A stretch of DNA of 63,418 nt, filler included, from Collodictyon triciliatum (Eukaryota): assembly GCA_043381765.1 (NCBI GenBank). It is 24 parts of 24 records of this genome, joined end to end, with 100 filler letters (N's around TTAATTAATTAA, not from the genome) between each part and the next. Parts side by side here need not be neighbours in the genome. Positions count along the whole stretch, not along the records: positions 55,507 to 58,077 come from JBHJMP010008650.1; positions 58,178 to 60,748 come from JBHJMP010008651.1; positions 60,849 to 63,418 come from JBHJMP010008652.1; 21 more parts are not named here. One strand, given 5' to 3'. The notes under the pieces are model-generated. The model was not told where the DNA came from. It was given only the letters and a program-made list of their open reading frames with translations, and did not search any database. Position numbers and translations under genes: made by a program. The first letter of the stretch is position 1. Every line of letters begins with the position of its first letter. Positions 56,481-63,418 of this stretch are shown here, piece by piece.

Positions 56481-57503
56481 CCTTTCTTTCGACACCAAAA
56501 GATATTTGAGTTTTCTCGTCTGGGTCTATTGTGCGGGTGTTGTCGTGGCGGAAAGCACATAGAAAAAAAGAGAAAGAAGAGGAGAAGTGTGATGTTTGAG
56601 ACCGAGAACAAGTGAAGAGGATGAAGCAAAGGGGGAATGGTGGTAAGTGCTGTGTGCGAGACGGCTCTGTCTTGCCCAAGCTTCGTGATCACCTATGAAG
56701 TGGCTGCGGCTGGGTTGTTTTGACCTTTCAGCCCACGATCAACTCTGGCCTGAACTCCTCTTTTCAGATTCATGATTTTCTGATCAACACCACCGATCAA
56801 AACCGGTAACATTCAGTGACTTCGACCATTTGTGTATAATTAATATGGAATTTATGATATTTTGATTTAATTATGTGTAAAAAAATTATGTTATCTCATC
56901 AAATATGTATAATAAAATATATACATAGATATATCACATAACGAATCCATGTGATGGGCGCTAAAATTCTTTCCCTTCGTCTTTTGTAAATCTATTCGCG
57001 AGCTTGTGCTTCTGGCTACTATTTATTCAGATAATCCTATTTATAATCTAACTTTACCGCTATGATATAATAACAGTATCCAATCTGGATAATTTTCAAT
57101 CCTTTTCTAAAAGATAACAAAATTGTAGGAGCTACCTTCCCATCTAGGGCGATATGCGGACCGTCAATTATGTAGTAAACCCCCTGAGTTTTTTGGTTCG
57201 AGTTTCTGTGACATCCAGACACACTGAGTTTGGCCTCAGGCGCGGCGCTTTTATTTGGGAAGCGGGGAAATGAAGACAGAGACAAAAAAAAAAAAATGGA
57301 AAGGAAATAATGTCTTGGCGTTTGCCTTGCACGTAGATCAGAAAAGAAAGCAGAGTCACAAACACATCACCACCGCTGTCAACCACGCTTCTCGAAAAAC
57401 AAAAGCGAAAGAAAAACAAGACATCTCACGATGGAAAGAAAACAACAGCAAAGACAGTGAGGCAAAAGGTAATGAGAGCAGCGCCTGGTTGAGAACACCT
57501 AAT

Positions 57504-58076
57504 CTATTCATCCCAAGCAGCATCGTACTCGCTCTCGCTGCTGCTCTCGTTTCCGCGGTTTAGGTCGTTTGAAGTGAATTCCCCAAACATGTTGGCCGGA
57601 GGAGGAGGAACACAGCGAACCGAGTGTGAGATGACCGAGCATCTGTCTGCATCGTCCAAATCCACGTCTGCTTCCTCAGTCCCAAAGTCCCGCATCAGGC
57701 GCCTGTTCAAAGCAGCCGAGACAGCCGGAAGCTCGAGTTCGTCTGTCTCATCGGTCTGCGCTGGTTCATGGGCAGGTGCAACTTGCTTGTGACCTTGTGC
57801 ATTCGACCTCGAGGAGGAAATAACAGGGTCTTTACTGTCTTTTGCAGATGCTGTTTGGGTGGGCGGCTTCTGGTGCGGAGCAGGCTGCTTTGCCTGGGTG
57901 AGTCTGGTCTGACTGATGGCAGAAGGCTTCGGGAATGCTGGGGCAGTATCTGGCTGGTCGTTTTGCTTACCCAGCTTCTGAGAAGAGCCCGGGTGCGGTT
58001 GCGTGACAGGGCGAAGCTTGACGAGGAATTGGGGTTGGGGATTAGTGTCTGCGTCTATCTGCTTTTTGTTTGCAGG
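57504..58076 (-). CDS. C-terminal exon of a Pro-rich protein ending in an acidic-Trp motif; possible Arp2/3 activator
   Basis: A 190-codon frame is open to the contig edge: FLVKLRPV ... LPAVSAALNRRLMRDFGTEEADVDLDD ... PPPP ... ESSSESEYDAAWDE*. Confidence 0.55.
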   Translation of the reverse strand, partial: PANKKQIDADTNPQPQFLVKLRPVTQPHPGSSQKLGKQNDQPDTAPAFPKPSAISQTRLTQAKQPAPHQKPPTQTASAKDSKDPVISSSRSNAQGHKQVAPAHEPAQTDETDELELPAVSAALNRRLMRDFGTEEADVDLDDADRCSVISHSVRCVPPPPANMFGEFTSNDLNRGNESSSESEYDAAWDE

Positions 58077-58201
58077 TNNNNNNNNNNNNNNNNNNNNNNN
58101 NNNNNNNNNNNNNNNNNNNNNTTAATTAATTAANNNNNNNNNNNNNNNNNNNNNNNNNNNNNNNNNNNNNNNNNNNNAAAGCGAGGTATACACCATACCA
58201 A

Positions 58202-58307
<106 letters not shown>

Positions 58308-58310
58308 TAC

Positions 58311-60182
58311 CTCTTCATTTAGCTCATCAATTGTCCCAGTGTAGATAAACTCGATCAATTTTACAAAGATTTCAGGTGTTACTTCGTCTGTCACAGTGAT
58401 ATCTCTCATTTTCGGCTCACCTTTTCTCCCAAGTTGGAACCATAAATTAAATTGAGGACACCGGGCCGATAAAACAAACTTTTCCATAATATTAGGACCG
58501 AGATTAGCATTAATCAAAAAGAGAGGGAAAACTGGATGGACATTCAATTGCTCTTGTACAAAAAAAAAAAAAAAAGTTATTGTACCAAGTGTATGAAAAT
58601 ATTAGCGAAAACCTGATGTGCATATACAATGGTTGTCCCTATAGCAAATTTCACGTCTGCAAAGGCCCTTACATTCAGTATTTTTCTGAAGTCATTGTAG
58701 TGGGATGATTCTCTAACCTCTGATATATGCAAATTATATAAAAAAATTAATAGATGAAGCATAAATTTTTGTGGATTTTTTTTTCGTCATTAGACTGTTC
58801 CAGGTTACTGTGTGCAAGAAAAATTATCATGACAATAGTGAATGAAATATCACTTGGAAGAAGATCTCTCAATTCAGATAAAAGAGATGAAGACGACGTC
58901 GATGGCGCTTGAGAAGGGTCCAAAGGCCTCAGTATATTTTTCATAGGATTATTGTAGACTGTAAGAACCTGTAATGAAGTTATACAGCCCAAAGTAGGAG
59001 GAAGGAAGCTGAGTTCATTTTGATTCAGGTTGAGAACACGAAGCATAGGGATATTCCCGATGGTAGCTGGAATTGAAATCAGAGCGTTCGATTCGAGGTC
59101 CAGAATACTGAGGCTCTTGAGGCGATGCCAGAGGTCAGGTAGATAAGCCAACTGGTTCTTTTTTAAGTCTAACTCACAGAGATTAGACAAAAGACAAAAC
59201 TCGTCAGGTAAATGCTGGAGCTTATTCTCTGATAAGTCAAAGTTCTTTAGATTCCGTAGTTCCCCGATTTCAGCTGATAGATAGGCGAGCCGATTTGCAG
59301 ACGCATTGAAGACTCGAAGATTCTTGAGGTTAGATATTGAAATGGGTAACGATACTATCTCATTTGACTGAATAAAAAGCTCATGCAGCTTGGTCAGTTT
59401 GCCAAAGTCTTCGGGGAGAGCGCTCAGTCTGTTATGGTCAAGGGACAGTTTCTGGAGCTTTTGGAGGAGGCAAAAAGTGACCGGCAGTTTTTCAAGTTCA
59501 TTCTTGCTCAAAGAAAGAAAAATCAGCGACGACATATGGCCAAACTCATCGGGAAGGGTGATCAATTTGTTATCATCAAGATGAAGTTTCTGGACATCGG
59601 AAAGAAACTGGATTGACGCTGGGAGTCGGACTAGAAGATTACGCTCGAAATAGACTTCCTTGAGGGCAGATAACTGCTGAATGTCTACAGGGATTTCGCT
59701 GATCTGATTGCATGCAAAGTTCACCTTGGATAGGGTCACGATCGTAAATAGATATTCAGGGAGTGTCGAAATTTGATTTTCAGCAAGCCTATGCGATTGT
59801 AAAAAGGTTTTTTTTTAAAAAAAAAGAAAAAGAAAAAGAACTGGTAAATTAAGTGCACTCGCGTATATGTAAATATATCAGCCATGCATGTCTAGAAAGG
59901 ACAAGGGTTTAAGTTCAAACAGAAAAAAATCCAACTGAAGTATCGCATTAGGGGGTGAAGGGGTAGGTTTATTATATCATTGGGGAATGCGGCGCAAAGT
60001 TTTGGAAGAAGGAATAATTTTACGTACCAGAGAACAGAAAGGCGGGTCATCCGAGCAACTTCTGGTGGGATATGGGAAATACGGTTGTTTTGAAGAAATA
60101 TTTTGATCACGTGTGACGGAAGATTTGACGGAAAATGCGTCAGATTCTGGTTCTTTAGCTTCAAATCTTCGCTGTCTCCCAT
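58311..60182 (-). CDS. LRR (SHOC2/RSU1-type 23-aa repeats) plus BTB/POZ domain protein, 3'-partial
   Basis: About 14 LxxLxLxxNxLxxLP repeats, followed by BTB exons FADVKFAIGTTIVYAHQ|FVLSARCPQF...VTPEIFVKLIEFIYTG. Confidence 0.88.
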
Positions 60183-60848
60183 GACCGTATCTTTTTGATG
60201 TTGTGTCCTAATGCATTGATTACCAGGGAAGGAGTGTGTTTAGAGTTTGTTGCGGTCGCACAAAAGAGTTGTTGAAATTGCACGGAAAGCTTCCTTTGGT
60301 CAGATATTGCAATAAAAGGTGGCGGGTGAGTGTCAGGATAAATATGTCAATAGACTCTCGCCATTGCCGATCGTTTTTCTTTTTTGAAAGAAACACCGTT
60401 GTTGTTTGAAAATCAAGAGCTGGAAAGTGATAAAAAAAAACTGCTTAAATCTTTGAATCTTCTAAAAACCAGACTATTCACACTAGAAACGAAAAGTATA
60501 TCCGAATAAGGAGAGCCTCGTCTTAGTCAAGGCATCAGCAGCTTTGAGAATATAGTTTAGAAAAAAAGAAAAAGAAAAAGAAAAAGAAAAAGAAAAAGAA
60601 AAAGAAAAAGAAAAAGAAAAAGAAAAAGAAAACAAAAAGAAAAAGAAAAAGAAAAAGGAAAAGGAAATAGAAAAAAGAAATAAAAGAATGAAAAAAGAAA
60701 GAAAAAGAAAAAGGAAATAGAAAAAAGAAAAAAAAAGAAATAGAAAAANNNNNNNNNNNNNNNNNNNNNNNNNNNNNNNNNNNNNNNNNNNNTTAATTAA
60801 TTAANNNNNNNNNNNNNNNNNNNNNNNNNNNNNNNNNNNNNNNNNNNN

Positions 60849-63288
60849 GCTGGATATTTTCATGTCTGCCCTGGGTGAAAATCATCCGAATGTTGTGGCC
60901 TGCTATGAAATGATTGGAGACATCAGCCATGATTTGAAAGAGTATCTCTTTATTAATTATTATTACAATAATGAATTTACTCACATTATCCTAGCTTCAA
61001 GGGTGCTTTGGAGGCGTATACGAAGACGCTGGATATTCGCATGAGAACACTGGGCGAAAGACATACTGATTATGCTACTTCACTTGAGAATGTTGGCCGA
61101 ACAAACTTTGAGCTTCAAAGGTTTTTCTTTCTATTATTTTAAAAAATCGAATAATATAATAACTAATGTGCATGCATCTAGTTCTGCTATATGTGTTTAT
61201 TGCTTCCAGAAAGCAGCTGTTATCAGAAAGGAGACAAATACTATTATGCCACTGAAAGACACAAATCAAATTGACAACATTATCCGCCTCATGAAAGACA
61301 AGAAAGAGCATGAAGCCGTCGTTCAGCTTTACAGAACGCTGATTCATTTATTCAGCAACCTTTACTCCATGGATTATCTTGGGATATGGAACAGCTGTGA
61401 GGAAATCGACAAGACTTACAAGGAACTGAAGCAACATAACGAAGCAGTGGCATTCTGGACTGAGATGAGAGACAGATTTGCTGATAAACTGGGATGGATT
61501 CACACCAGAACATTAAACTCGTGCGAATACTTGTCCGTCCATTCAAAAGAAATCGGAATCAACAAAGAGCTTGTCGAGTTTACAAGAGTCAAGGAATTCA
61601 TCAGTGAAACTCTTGATGATGCAAAGATGGATGAGGAATGGAATCGTGAACAAATAATTCTATTTTTATTCAGCATTGCCTACATGTCAAAGACTGATGA
61701 GAGCAAATCAAAGGCTGCATCTGATGCAATCACACTTTTGAATTTGATGAATGTTTCTTTTGGTGGAATGGATTTATCAAACATCAAAATTCCACATGCA
61801 AATCTCAGTAACTCAATCTTTGAAGGTGCAAACTTAACTGGTGCCAACTTGGATGATGTTGATTTCACGAATTCGATGCTTGGTGATTGTGTTTTTGATA
61901 ATGCGAATATGAATAATGTAAAATTCGGAATTCCTCATGACAAATTGGAAGGTCACACAAGTGCAGTCATTAGTGTTTGCTCTATTCAAGGACCGAATGG
62001 TGAAAATTGGCTGGCATCTGGAAGAGTTGATAATACAATACGTATTTGGGATACAACCACAGGAAGCCAAATCAAAACATTAGAAGGACATACAAATGTT
62101 GTCAGGAGTGTTTGCAGTATTCAAGGACCGAATGGTGAAAATTGGCTGGCTTCTGGAAGTCTTGATAAAACAATACGTCTTTGGGATGTAGCCTCAGGAA
62201 ACCAAATCAATATATTAGAAGGTCATACAGAACCTGTCTATAGTGTTTGCAGTATTCAAGGACCGAATGGTGAAAAGTGGTTGGCTTCTGGAAGTGGTGA
62301 TAATACAATAAGTATTTGGGATGTAGCCTCAGGAAACCAAATCAATATATTAGAAGGTCATACAGAACCTGTCGATAGTGTTTGCAGTTTTCAAGGACCG
62401 AATGGTGAAAAGTGGCTGGCTTCTGGAAGTAGTGATTATACAATACGTATTTGGGATGTAGCCACAGGAAATTATATCAAAATATTAGAAGGTCATACAA
62501 ATTGGGTCAGTAGTGTTTGCAGTATTCAAGGACCGAATAGTGAAAATTGGTTGGCTTCTGGAAGTCGTGATAATGCAATACGTATTTGGGATGTAGCCAC
62601 AGGAAACCAAATCAAAACATTAAAAGGGCATACAAGTGGTGTCAGTAGTGTTTACAGTCTTCAAGTACCGAATGGTGAAAATTGGCTGGCTTCTGGAAGT
62701 TATGATGGTACAATACGTATTTGGGATATAGCCTCAGGAAACCAAATCAAAACATTAGATGGACACACATTACCTGTCAGATGTGTTTGCAGTATTCCAG
62801 TACCGAATGGTGAAAGTTGGCTGGCTTCTGGAAGTGAAGATAAAACTATACGTATTTGGGATGTAGCCTCAGGAAGTCAAACACACAGTCTGCAAAAATC
62901 AGAAGTTACCTACACTGAAGGAAAATACCTCGTCAGGAAAGAAAAGCCAGACAAAGTCATCGCAGTATTCAACAGAACAAGTGACGCGATGAGCATGATT
63001 GACACCAACAGAATCCAAGATGCAAAGACAGTCCAGATTATCGGCCCAAGAAAGCTGCAAGGTGGAAGCATCCAAATCAGAAATGTCACGGGATTGAGTC
63101 AATACAACAAATCCCTCCTTCTTTCTATCGGTGCTGCTTCCTGTGATGCGGACTTTGTTGCCTATTGTGAGCAGGGCAAGTTCACCAAGTTCCAGGCTCA
63201 AATGATTGCTGAGTGCTATGAGAATGGATGGGGTGTTGAGAAGGACACCGAGAAAGCAGCTGAGTGGAGACAGAAAGCCACAGCTTAA
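60849..63288 (+). CDS. TPR - helical - pentapeptide repeat - 7xWD40 - SEL1-like protein, 5'-partial
   Basis: KLC-type TPR exons (LGENHPNVVACY; LGERHTDYATSLENVG; introns at about 60941-60994 and 61121-61181), pentapeptide repeats ANLSN/ANLTG/ANLDD, seven 45-aa WD40 repeats at 61951-62895, and a C-terminal AECYENGWGVEKDTEKAAEW. Confidence 0.9.
61951..62895 (+). repeat. Seven near-identical 135-bp WD40-coding tandem repeats
   Basis: GH codons start at 61951, 62086, 62221, 62356, 62491, 62626 and 62761. The seventh unit diverges at its end. Confidence 0.95.
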
Positions 63289-63418
63289 CAATGTAAGTAG
63301 TATAGTAAATGCATATTAATATATGTTCGTTAACTATATTCATTTTAGATGGAGAGATTCTCTGGGTTTTTTTCAAGCAGACCTCCGCTTTTTTCCCACA
63401 AGGACGCTCCATGAAATC

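Overview
This window is not continuous chromosome. It is 24 short contigs (mostly about 2.57-2.59 kb, ordered almost exactly by decreasing size) joined by artificial 100-bp linkers (N44-TTAATTAATTAA-N44), so neighbouring contigs carry no synteny information. The DNA comes from an AT-rich, intron-rich, microsatellite-rich unicellular eukaryote, plausibly an amoebozoan (inference), using the standard code. Manual exon stitching recovers a membrane-anchored class I PDE, ABCC and ABCA transporters, a complete CYRI/FAM49 gene, a divergent NRAMP, a Munc13-like protein, a Cys-rich 93-aa repeat protein, a STARD3-like MENTAL protein, two WDR27 pseudogene copies, TRRAP/Tra1, an EamA transporter, a DnaQ-like exonuclease, CWC21 and an LRR-BTB fusion. 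It also shows decayed L1-clade and R4-like retrotransposons. The best candidate for an undescribed system is in the last contig: a TPR-pentapeptide-7xWD40-SEL1 protein. Its near-identical WD40 repeats vary mainly at a few positions, as in fungal HET-type allorecognition receptors, and TPR exons sit where relatives have a NACHT domain. Also notable are several weak GC-AG introns, an NRAMP lacking its metal and proton residues, tandem phospho-FFAT-like motifs, and a tRNA-headed structured element. All family assignments are by eye from motif recall; no searches were run.
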